Source: Podarcis bocagei
Taxonomy: Eukaryota
Direction: 5' to 3' (one strand)
DNA: 64,000 nucleotides
Assembly (NCBI GenBank): GCA_964188305.1
Contig: OZ076886.1
Shown: piece by piece, positions 1 to 9,690 of the stretch
How the letters are laid out: the number at the start of each line of letters is the position of its first letter
Position numbering within the stretch: position 1 is the stretch's first letter
Notes under the pieces: generated by a model
Told to the model about the DNA's origin: nothing
Databases searched by the model: none
The model's input: only the letters and a program-made list of their open reading frames with translations
Position numbers and translations under genes: made by a program

Positions 1-552
1 TGGGATTACAATACTGACCATTGAGGAAATCTGCAAGATAAATGCCCTCAGGGCAGCGGACAATACTAATAGTTGCAATTGAGGCAGCTAAAACTCCACT
101 TTGATGGCCCCACTCCACCGAGTGTATGACCCCCTGGAGTCATCCGATGCCCAGGACCACAGACCTCCAAGCACCTTAAATCAGAATCCTTCTTTCGAAG
201 AGGACCTAGCCAAAATAATTAGGGGTTTGTCTTCAAACAGCCAGAAAGCCAAAAATGCAATCTCAGAGTGAGCGAGGGTGTCCACGGGAGGGGCAGAGAA
301 CGCCTAGGGAAAAAGCCAGTGCGCCATCTGCAGGCAAGAGGGTCACTGGAAAATGGAATGCCCAAAGGCCCCACGCCCGACACACCCCACTCCCCACAGG
401 GTGGGAACAGTAACCAAAGTTCCGATGCCTATGTACCCAGCCATGAGCCTCAGCGCTACAGCCACAAGCCCAGCTCTGAACTCCAGAAAAATCAAGGCAG
501 AGGGCAAGAACAGGGATCTGTGCAGGGATACCCCATGGCCTGAACCCCACCT
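1..552 (+). pseudogene. gag: gag remnant 1 (capsid fragment, nucleocapsid zinc knuckle) ending at the probable start of protease
   Basis: 1-15 = WDYNT; ~62-98 reads ILIVAIEAAKTP; 317-367 = QCAICRQEGHWKMECPK (CX2CX4HX4C), preceded by RLGK with a frameshift; PEP at ~539-547 resembles the start of gamma-type protease; stops and frameshifts present; no major homology region. Confidence 0.85.
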
Positions 553-1169
553 CTCCAGTCCTGAGAGACGAAAAAAAAAACTTACTAGGATAAACCAGGC
601 CCAACAAACGCAGGTTCCCAGAAGCTGCCTGGCCCTGGTCCAACAATGGTTGCTCGGCACACAGAATGAGGTTTCTGAAAATGATTTGCTCAAAGACTGT
701 TGCAGAAGCAAGTGCTCATTCATGCAAGTAACAGGACATCAGCTTTTTTTTTTTTCTTTTCTTTCTCCTTGTGCCAGGCGCTTGGAGGCAGCTTCAGAGC
801 GTTATCTCTTGGCAGCTATTCCAAGAAGGACACTGCTGCATTCAGCCAGCTACCCTGAACCTCACACTTTCTGGATTTACACTTCAGCCACATAAACCCA
901 GAAGGCCAAGAGTTACCCACCCCCCTGCCCAAAAGTACTAACCTGAAGAAGTGACTTTCTTAAAAGCAAGTGAATGCTTTCTGTGAACTTTGTCAAGTTT
1001 TTTTTCTTTTTAAGGTGCAATTTTACTCTGAAAAAGGAGCCGCAGCATAGCATAGGAATTGATACTTTGAGGAACTTGAAACTTTGCCAGAAGCAAGGAG
1101 TGCATTGTTCTTTCTACAGACACTGGCAAATGAACTGAAATTTGCAACATGGCTTAGAGTTCTGAAGCC

Positions 1170-1443
1170 CGAGCACATGAGGCTGCCAATGCCCCTATCA
1201 TAAAAAACTGCCTTTGTAGCCCAAGCGGCGCCCGATATCCACCAAAAAAAAATGAAGGTTTCTTTTTTTAAGGGCCACACCCTTGAATGGATGCTGGAAT
1301 TAGCCCAGACCATTTATAATTAGAGGGAAAAAGAGACCCAGAAGAAAAAGGAGAAGTACCAGGCAGAGAAGTTGATGGCCCTGAAGACGGTAGGTCCACC
1401 GTTAGGAGAAGAAGAGGAGGGCGAGGCCGCTTAGGAAAGAGCA
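1170..1443 (+). pseudogene. gag: gag remnant 2 (capsid C-terminal domain and charged region)
   Basis: From 1207: TAFVAQAAPDIHQKKMKVSFFKGHTLEWMLELAQTIYN*REKETQKKKEKYQAEKLMAL, matching the F..Q.APDI..KL motif of class I Gag; then RRRRGGRGRLGKS in another frame. Confidence 0.8.
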
Positions 1444-3285
1444 ACAGCATGCCTTCAAGGATTTGAAAAAGGCATTGCAACACTGTTTGTGTGACCCCGC
1501 ATGCAGTCCCAGCACTGCTTGACATGAAGGGTACCTATTTCCTCTCCCAAGCAAAAATGAGAAAGTGCCAGATGCTATTGTTGCACCCGCGTTTGAAGTT
1601 CCAGGTCACCACCGCCCTCAACCCAGCTACCCTATTACCGGTAGGAGAAGGTGAGGAGCCCACGCATGACTGCATTGAAGTAATGGACGAAGTATATTCC
1701 AGCAGGCCTGATCTCAAAGACAAGGCAAACGAGGCTGGGCAGCGGAAGGCAGGCTATGCAGTGGTAGCCCTGGAAGACCAGGTGATCGAAGCAAAGTCAC
1801 TCCCACCTGGAACATCGGCCCAGCTGGCAGAACTAACTGCGCTTACCAGAGCCCTGAGCCTGGCAAAGGGACAGAAGATAAACATTTATACAGATTCTAA
1901 ATATGCATTCCTGACTTTACATGCCCATGGAGCCTTATGGAAAGAAAGAGGTTTGCTTACCTCCAGAGGAAGCCAGGTGGCCCACCCACAAGCCTTATTG
2001 AACCTTCTGGATGCTGTATGGGAACCCGAGGCAGTGGCAGTTATCCATTGTTATGGACACAAAACTGGACCAGGGAAAGTGGCCAGAGGAAACCGATTGG
2101 CAGACAGAGTAGCCAAGGAAGCAGCCCGAGAACTGGCCCCCACCTCGGTTATTGGAGCACTGGTCCCAGAAGAGATTTTAAGCACTACTGACAAGCCGGC
2201 CTACACAAAGCAGGAAAGGGACACTGCAGATGCCCAGGAGTTGACATTGTCCAAAGAAGGATGGTACCTTACCCCTGATGACAGGATATGGATTCCGGAG
2301 TCCCTTTCTCGGCAGGTTACTCAGAGATACCATGATTCAACCCACATAGGACCAGATGCTACAACCAAGCAGCTGGAAAAATGCTTCTATATAGCCCACC
2401 TTTACCAACTGGCAGCCCAGATCTCCAGGAAATGCCTGCTATGTCAAAAGAATAATCCCAGAGCCGGACCACTGGCTCCCCCAGGGATTCAGCACAGTGG
2501 AACTGCACCTATGGAAGATTTTGTCGTGGACTTTACTGAATTACCCCGTTGTGGACTGCACCGCTACCTGCTGGTAGCAGTGTGCACCTACACCGGATGG
2601 GTCAAAACATGGCCCACAAAGACTGAAAAGGCATTTGAAGTAACCAGGTGCCTGCTTAGGGAAATCATCCCTCGCTATGGATTGCCAAGGTCCGTAGGAT
2701 CTGATAATGGACCAGCATTTGTTCATGCAGTCCTACGGGGGCTGGCGAAAGCGCTCCAAAGAATCAGCTGTCCAAGCTGACACAGGAGACCGGGTCTAAT
2801 TGGGTGACCATGTTGCCCTTGGCGTTACTCAGGGTCCGCAGTCTCCCGTCAAAACGGACCCATCTGTCACCCTTTGAAATTATATTTAGGAGACCGGTCC
2901 CATATGTCAAAATGTTGTCCCCACATGCTGGTCAGGATATGCAATTGAATAATTAAGTCCAGATATTCTTCCGAGTTTTCTTTTGTCTCGACAGGTGGAC
3001 CCAGGCTCGCAGCTCGCAACCCCTGTGTGTTGGCTGCATCAGTTCGAGCCAGGTGACGAAGTGTGGGTGAAAGACTGGCAGCGAGCCCCCCCCCTACAGC
3101 CTTGCTGGAGGGGACCATACACTGTGCTATTTGTGGGTCCACCCTACTCAGTAAAGAAAACCATTTCAAACTGGACAGTTACACCAGATCCAGAGAACTC
3201 CCTTCAGCTGATTATCTCCAGATGCCTGGCAGACGACCGCTCTGCTGATATCACACCGGAAGCTGATATCTCAACGCACAGCTGA
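1439..3285 (+). pseudogene. pol: pol remnant: RT thumb fragment, connection domain, RNase H, integrase
   Basis: 1439-1483 EQQHAFKDLKKALQH; ORF 1491-2780 has LNPATLLP, RPDLKD, SAQLAELTAL, IYTDSKYAF, GNRLAD, integrase HHCC (HDSTH...CLLC), VDFTELP, SDNGPAF; continues out of frame as NQLSKLTQETGSNWVTMLPLALLRVR...LSPFEI; 2983-3285 has PGDEVWVK...WRGPYTVL. Confidence 0.95.
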
Positions 3286-3423
3286 AGAATTGGATGGGAG
3301 GGGCGCCCGCGGGCAGCGTCCCCAACGTGAAAATCCGTGCCGGGACTAATCCAGGAAGTCCACCAGGACATTTAATATTTCCATAAGGACTTTCTCTTTT
3401 CTTTTTTTTCTGTTATCTGCTCT

Positions 3424-3831
3424 ATGTCCCACAGCCCTGACCCCACTGAGCCATACCGCCCTTATTGGCCTGATGGCCTCTGCTACGACTGGTTCGTCTT
3501 GCCGGTGGTAAGAGATGGCGTGCTCTTTGGCTATTGGAAACTGGGGTTTGATGAGATTGCCGTATTGAGACACCCCACTGCCCCGTTGTGGCTCCTCTCC
3601 CACACCACTGTCCAGCACGCGTGGATAGTGCTCATACGGGAAGTTGCAGAGACGATCGAAATCTATCGAGTTCTGGACCACTCTTGTTGTTGTGGGAGGG
3701 TAGTCAACTGTTATCTGGGAGGTAGAGCACTGTACCAACCTCATTTGATAGACCAGGTCCTATTCTTAATCCAGGTGATAGATGGGACGGAACCTGTCTT
3801 GATGCAAGTATTGCAGGGGTGGGAGCCTTAA
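3424..3831 (+). CDS. Putative ERV accessory ORF (135 aa, unknown function) between pol and env
   Basis: Uninterrupted ATG-started ORF with globular-protein-like composition; long polypyrimidine tract ~3391-3430 and CAG at 3432-3434; no motif recognised. Confidence 0.45.
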   Translation: MSHSPDPTEPYRPYWPDGLCYDWFVLPVVRDGVLFGYWKLGFDEIAVLRHPTAPLWLLSHTTVQHAWIVLIREVAETIEIYRVLDHSCCCGRVVNCYLGGRALYQPHLIDQVLFLIQVIDGTEPVLMQVLQGWEP

Positions 3832-4034
3832 CCAGGTGTGCATTGAAATTGCTAAACAAGTGCCAGTAAGAATTGCCACCTCTGGTCACTAGGGAGGTAG
3901 CACGTGAGTTCAATCCACCCGACAGGGTTAATAGGAAAATTGACCCACATAGTGGGAGCATCAGCTCACTGGTGGGCTCTCATCCTTGAGGCTCAACAGG
4001 TAGTCGGGCACAAATATCAGTGGGCTCTTCAACG

Positions 4035-4681
4035 ATGAGCACACCCCCTGAATGTTGGTGGGAGGAACCATGGAGATATTGGGTTTGGTGGGTAGGAGTG
4101 ATATATACCGCCCTTGTCATATGGATGCTCTCGTATTTCTGTTGGCATGAACGGTATCGTATTTGTGGGAAGAGACGTAATCCATCTATACCTTTGATGA
4201 TTCTCCTTTTCTTTTTAGTTGAAGAGCCCACATGTGTATTGACGCAGGCAAGAAAAAGTTCCCCGACCTCCCTTGCCGACATTTCCCATTTGATGACTAA
4301 GTGGGGTGCCCATAACTCCTACAATAGGTGGTTACAAATGGCTGAAATGGAGCATGTTGCTTCAACATTTCAGACCATGGCGAGGCTATCCGTGATCTGG
4401 CAGCAAGAATTGAAAAGGTAGCACATGTCCCTGTACAAACCTGGGAGGGCTGGGATATGTCTTGGTTGGACGGCATCTTCCCAGGTGGATGGATGGGGAG
4501 AATATTTACTATGGTGATAGGTCCAATTATGCTTCTATTGCTTTTCTGCTTCTGTATGCCCTGCTTGATGCAATGTATGCAAAATATGATGGAGAAGATG
4601 ATGTCTCGCATGATGGGACCTCACGTGCTTGCTTTCATGAGAGATTATAGACCCCTACCCCAGAACGAACCTAAGTATTAG
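4035..4681 (+). pseudogene. env: env with large internal deletion (leader and start of SU joined out of frame to the end of TM)
   Basis: ATG at 4035 (MSTPPECWW...), hydrophobic IPLMILLFFLV, NRWLQMAE; from 4346 in another frame NGACCFNISDHGEAIRDLAARIEKVAHVPVQTWEGW, membrane anchor IFTMVIGPIMLLLLFCFCMPCL, tail YRPL, stop at 4679-4681. Confidence 0.88.
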
Positions 4682-4690
4682 GTTGTTCAT

Positions 4691-4705
4691 AAGAAGAGGA
4701 GGGAG
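4691..4705 (+). other. Polypurine tract
   Basis: aagaagaggagggag, just after the env stop and immediately before TG. Confidence 0.8.
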
Positions 4706-5273
4706 TGAAGGGAGAGGGAAGGGTTGCTTTCTATATTTTATACCTAAGAAGGATCTTCATATATACCTAAGAAGGATCTTCATATATACCTAAGAAGGAT
4801 CTTCATATTCTCTGTAAGTTAATTTCTGAGCTAAGGGCCCCTCAAGGAATGCAAGATAAGACAGAGACTGTAAGCTAGAAATAGCCTCGCCTTAGGAATG
4901 CAAGATAAAAAAAGACACAGACGGGAGGAGACGGGGGGATGCAGGACGCTTAGAAAGAACAATAGGGAGGGCTGTTTTAGAAGGCTATAGACATGCTAAA
5001 AATAAGTTGAAAACTTCTTCGGGAGGGCGTGGGGAGGAGGGAGAGAGCCCACTCAAGGTATAAGAAAATCTGCAGAGGGGTATTTTCTGGGCAGTCAGTT
5101 TTTCCAGAATTTATTCTGCTGGCTGTCTCCTGTGCACAGAGAATAAAACTGCTTTCCTCCAAAGAAGGATCTTTCCTGGTGTTTACTTTTACTCTCTCTC
5201 TGGATCTGAGGACGCGGGCCAACGATTCCCTGGCATGGACTAGGCTCAGCCTACAGTAGGACTGGGCCTGACA
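4706..5273 (+). repeat. 3' LTR of the ERV (3' boundary approximate)
   Basis: Starts TGAAGG after the PPT; 23-bp tandem repeats 4741-4808; TATAAG 5059-5064; AATAAA 5142-5147; candidate end ...cctgaCA at 5273. Confidence 0.8.
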
Positions 5274-6947
5274 CCTCTTGGGGCCCTTTGTGTTTGATAT
5301 TCTTCATTACTGCTTTGTCCCAGAGGATCCTTGTTTGTTTGTTTGTTTTTAAAGGTCTAGGTATTTATGTAGCCCAGAGCTGTTAAGTTCTACCAGTTCA
5401 CTTGCCTATATTGAAACCCAAAGCGCTACTACCTGTGTACCAAGATATTGCCAGGCCAATATCATGCACAGCCACAAAAACGTTCCCCCCACCTTCAACG
5501 TCCATTCTGCGGAGGACTGGTTAATGCTAGTTAATATTTGGTTTGGTCTTCTAATATTATAGTAAAGTGATAGCCTGGGCACCACCAACTCAAAAATCTG
5601 CTGTATTTCAATCCTTCCCTTCCTTCAACGTCCACTCAGTGGAGCTAACCAAAGGATTGTTTTGTTTCTGTTGGGTCTGTGAGGCAATTTGCAACGAAAG
5701 AGGCTTATACATTGCTTAACAAGAGGCTTGTGCAAACACTTTCTCTTGTGCCCCTGTTGTGTTGACAGGACAGTGAGAAAGCATCATGCTTCTCCCAAGG
5801 GAACGAAGCAGCTAAAATCCTGCTAGAGACAGCATACCTCTTCCTGGGCCTGAGGAATCGTGTTGGCATGTGGAACAAACACAGGGAACAGAGAGCATGT
5901 AAAAGCAGGGGGAAACATGAGGCCCTTTCCTGATTTCACACAGCCTTTGCTACCACCAGCCAGCTATTCTGAAGAGGGTTGTTTCTGTGTTCTTACAGCA
6001 GCAGGCCAGACAGTGCGGTGGGAAGGTTTCAAAAGGATTAGATAAAGGGAATATTCACAAATTCATCATGGCCTTCCAATACTGTGAGAATAACTCAGGG
6101 CAGGAACAGGAACAGCACATTCCATTTTGCTGCTCCTGCTCCCCCGCCGCTGGCGCCACAGCTCTCTTACCTGCATGACGCAGCAGTGCCCACAAAGCAC
6201 CAGCAGTGGTGCCAGCTTCTGGCAAGATCTCATCAGAAGCCAGTGCCACTTTTCCACTGGCAGCAGATGCAGCAGGGAGCGGGAAGGTGCAGCAGAGGCA
6301 ATGTGGGTGCTGCTTCTTGGGCTTCTGCTGCTTGAGGCAGCACCTTGCCTCTTCAAAGGGCCAGGCCTAGGCAGGAATTCCATTTCTCTCAGGACCCAGC
6401 ATAGGGCAAAATTTGCTTTTCTGCTTCTGCATCTTGGCAGTGATTTGTATTGTGTTTCATTCCAACAAAACTCCTTGGTCCCTCTGGCAATTGAGGACAG
6501 TGATTATTTGGGAGGTTGGGGAAGCAGGATAGGATTCCCAGCACAACGGAATAAAAACCCTCCTTCTACATTATAGGTTTTCCTGAGCAGGCTTCATGCT
6601 GTTTTCTCTTCCGTGCAGTACTTGAATCCCATCCAGGAATGAGGCAAAATTATTCTGTAATTTACTTTTGTGCCAAGAGTGCCAGCTCTGAACGTATTCC
6701 AGGGGTCCATTAATGCAAGCTTTATTTGCTTCTGTCAAGGGCACTTCAGAGCTGATGCCACATAAACATTGTGCTGCGGGCGATCCCCGGTCCCATCATG
6801 AAATCTGGCTCGGAACAGAGGAAGGAATTAGAGTAAAGCCTAGGCACCTTTCTTTCTTTCTTTTCTTTTCTTTTTTGTACAGGAATCCTTTGTTAAGAGA
6901 AGTTTTTACCACTGATGCAGCAATCCTTCATTCAGCCCCCAACTAAA

Positions 6948-7050
6948 TAACATAAGGACACAAAAAAGAGCCTTCTGGATCAGGCCAATGGCCCATCTAA
7001 GTCCAACATCCTGTTCTCACAGTGGCTAACCAGATGTCTCTGGGAATCCT
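6948..7050 (-). mobile_element. CR1-type LINE fragment
   Basis: aagagcc..ctggatcaggccaatggcccatcta.gtcca.catcctgttctcacagtggc..accagatg; a related copy lies at ~53140-53230. Confidence 0.55.
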
Positions 7051-9379
7051 CTAGACTAGAGACTTTTAACCTCTTGATCTCTATGGATGTTTGCTTTGAT
7101 TTCTTGATTGCTATTAGTATCTACTCACTATAGCACTACTATAGCCTAGGGTGGCCATGTGTCCTCTTTTACAAAGGACAGTCCACTATTTGAAGGACAG
7201 AGGGCAGTCCTCTGTGAAATAGTGTCCTCTATTTGAAGTGCTCTCCAGTCCAAGAACCCTAGGAAGGGGGAGCACCAGGGGACTTGAAATTGCCCATCAA
7301 GCCCCTCAGACAGCAGATTAATCAGGCACACGGGTCTTCCTCACAGCCTTCCCCACTATGGTCAGATATATTGTGTTATATTTTATTTATAGCAATTATT
7401 TCTAAATTTGCATCTATACAAATTTTATGCAAATCGCCACCTCTTTTCTCTTGTTTTCTGGTGATTTCTAAATGGCCACCCCTCATGCAGCACCCGAAAG
7501 CAGGAATGAGTAGGGTTGCTGCAGCAAGGCTTGATGAAGTTATAGGGTAGTCAATTACAACTTTTTTAAAAAAGAATGGGTATGTCAAGATTAATCAATA
7601 CCTTAAAAACAGAGAGAAAGTGAAAACAGCAAAAGGCGGAAGGATGGGCAACTAATGGTGAAATGGAACTGGAGGCAGCAGGGAATCACAGCCACTCGCA
7701 TTATAAGATATTGATCTTCATGGAAACTCGGACAAATGGTGGTTAGGAAAGATTGTTCCATCCATTACATTCCAGAGTAAAGTTCTGTTTGTAGCAGCAG
7801 CACTCCCTGTTACAATCTTTAACTATCTGTTTCTTTGCACATTGTTGACCTGTGGTGGAACATGCTTTCAGAGATTTGCTTACGTAGGTACTTCCTCCTC
7901 TCAAGGTTATTGGGTTGTTCCTTGAGTTTCTGAGTAGAGCTATATTTGATTGCACACAATCAGCCGCTGAAGGGTGCACATTAAAAAAAAGAGAGAGAGG
8001 AAGAAACTGAACTTTCTTTATGCTGTTGCAAAGTAGCCAATTGCCTTAAAGGAGAATATCCGTAGCCAGGGAGGCTTGCGGCCTTCTTGGCATGACAGTT
8101 TAAGTCCAGCAGGCCCCTGGCAAGGCCCCTTAGCCAGCTTAGCCCTCCAAGGCCCATGGCAAGTGTACCTAGCTGCCTCCCACCTCGGCATGGGCCTGTC
8201 CATGGCCTTTCTTTAAGGAAAGGAGAACTTCTGGCCTTCCACATATTGCTGGACTGGCTATAACTCCCGTAATCCCTGATCATTGGCTAGGTCTGTCCTC
8301 CAAGACTAGCTCTCCAAATAATAGTCAGGGCAAATGCATAGCTCCATCCTGAGGCAGATGTGAATACACAGAGCTTTTTCGCACACAGGATTTTTGGACT
8401 GAGCTATACATAGTTACTGAGGATCCAGAGCTTTATCAAACATACCACTGTTGAATTGTTTTTTGTTCTATCTGCATAACATATATACAGTTTTATACCA
8501 GGAGTAGAACCTGTGGCCTTCCAGATATTGCTGGACCCCAACTGCCATCAGCTCCAGCTGAGAAGACCATCAGCTCCTTATTCTTAATTTATACATTAGT
8601 TCTGAAAACTAATACTACTGAACAGACGTCATGCTCAACAGTGCAAATCTTTGCTCAAACTTTCATTTCCCCATAAACAGTCCTTCCTTTGTTTCCTTCC
8701 CAACTCCACAGCTTAATCCTCGCAGCTTCATTTAGTACATACTAGAAATGTTGATGTTTCCCTGTGGATTTCAAGAATTAATACATAGTTAATGTCTTTT
8801 CTGGCTGTGTTAGCAGCTTGATAGACAGCAGGTGAATTATGTACTGTTTGGAAGAGTGAAAATCACAGAAGGGTTTGAGACACCCCAGACAGGCTTCCTT
8901 ATCACATTTGTGAAAGCAATGCCTAGCATGAAAGAGAATGTAAACATGTCAAGACACTCTTGGTAAGTCATGTGGTTCCATGTAATCTTTCTTAAATGTC
9001 TTATAAAGGGCTGCACTGGCTGCAGTTTGTCTTCATTCAGTGCGTCACTGCCAGATCTACCTGATTCCCTGTGCTGCTCTGTCCTAAGTGGCTCATCTAA
9101 GATATTTTAAAGACAGATTTGTCAGTTGCAGCAAGGGCAGGAGCTGTAGCTCAGCAACAGAGCCCATGTGTTGCATGTAGAAGACCTCTGGATCAAGCCC
9201 CAGCATTCCCGGGTAAACAGACAAGGAAAGAGCTCTGGCAAGATCCCGGCGAGCTAGCACTAGGAGTAATAGCAGGACTCTGTGTAAGGCAACAGCTTTA
9301 TATATCCATGCTATAGCTAACCTTCTACATCAGGAATGAGGAGCTGCCCAGTGAATCATCACCAACTTCACCTGCTCGT

Positions 9380-9690
9380 CTTTCATTTCCCATTCTAATA
9401 ACAATTTATACATTCTGGAACTTACTTTGTTGTTATTCCCTAGTAATTTTCAAATTGCGAGGTTTGATATGGAAAAACCGGTCCTTTTTATCTTCCTTAA
9501 AGACTGCATTGAGTTGAAAATATTGTAACCACTCTGTTATTTGTTGACCTAACTCTTCAAACCTCTTTAATATAAGTTCACAGTCTTTTTCTTTTAATAA
9601 ATCCTTATATGTCACTCAGCCCCCTCTCATCTTCTTCCCCCCCACTGATATCGCTTCAAGTGGGGAAAGCCACCATGTTTTTGCCTAGCA
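9380..9690 (-). mobile_element. L1-clade LINE ORF2 fragment
   Basis: Minus-strand translation TYKDLLKEKDCELILKRFEEL...EWLQYFQL, plus WLSPLEAI; resembles the 42.4-42.7 kb L1 region. Confidence 0.65.

Larger units (their letters stand above)
1..5273 (+). mobile_element. Class I (gamma/epsilon-like) endogenous retrovirus, defective and rearranged; 5' end lies outside the window
   Basis: gag motifs (WDYNT, single CCHC knuckle), RNase H and integrase motifs, env TM remnant (AHVPVQTW), polypurine tract and TG...CA LTR with TATA and AATAAA, broadly in retroviral order. Confidence 0.96.

Noticed and set aside
353-895. 180-aa ORF as a real gene
   Set aside because: It is the gag/pro frame running on into the foreign insert through homopolymer tracts; no coherent domain.
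4020-4421. ORF 'MGSSTMS...' as a myristoylated FAST-like fusogen
   Set aside because: The track's first codon is GTG; the first ATG is at 4035 (MSTPP), so there is no N-terminal Gly. The C-terminal part is an out-of-frame read of env TM.
4741-4808. Direct repeats as a CRISPR array
   Set aside because: Head-to-tail with no spacers, inside a eukaryotic LTR.
5492-5634. 13-bp repeat ccttcaacgtcca next to the LTR
   Set aside because: Too short and diverged to assign; not a TSD of the provirus.
6066-6576. Overlapping ORFs up to 149 aa
   Set aside because: CAG/CTG-rich low-complexity DNA open in several frames; no recognisable product.
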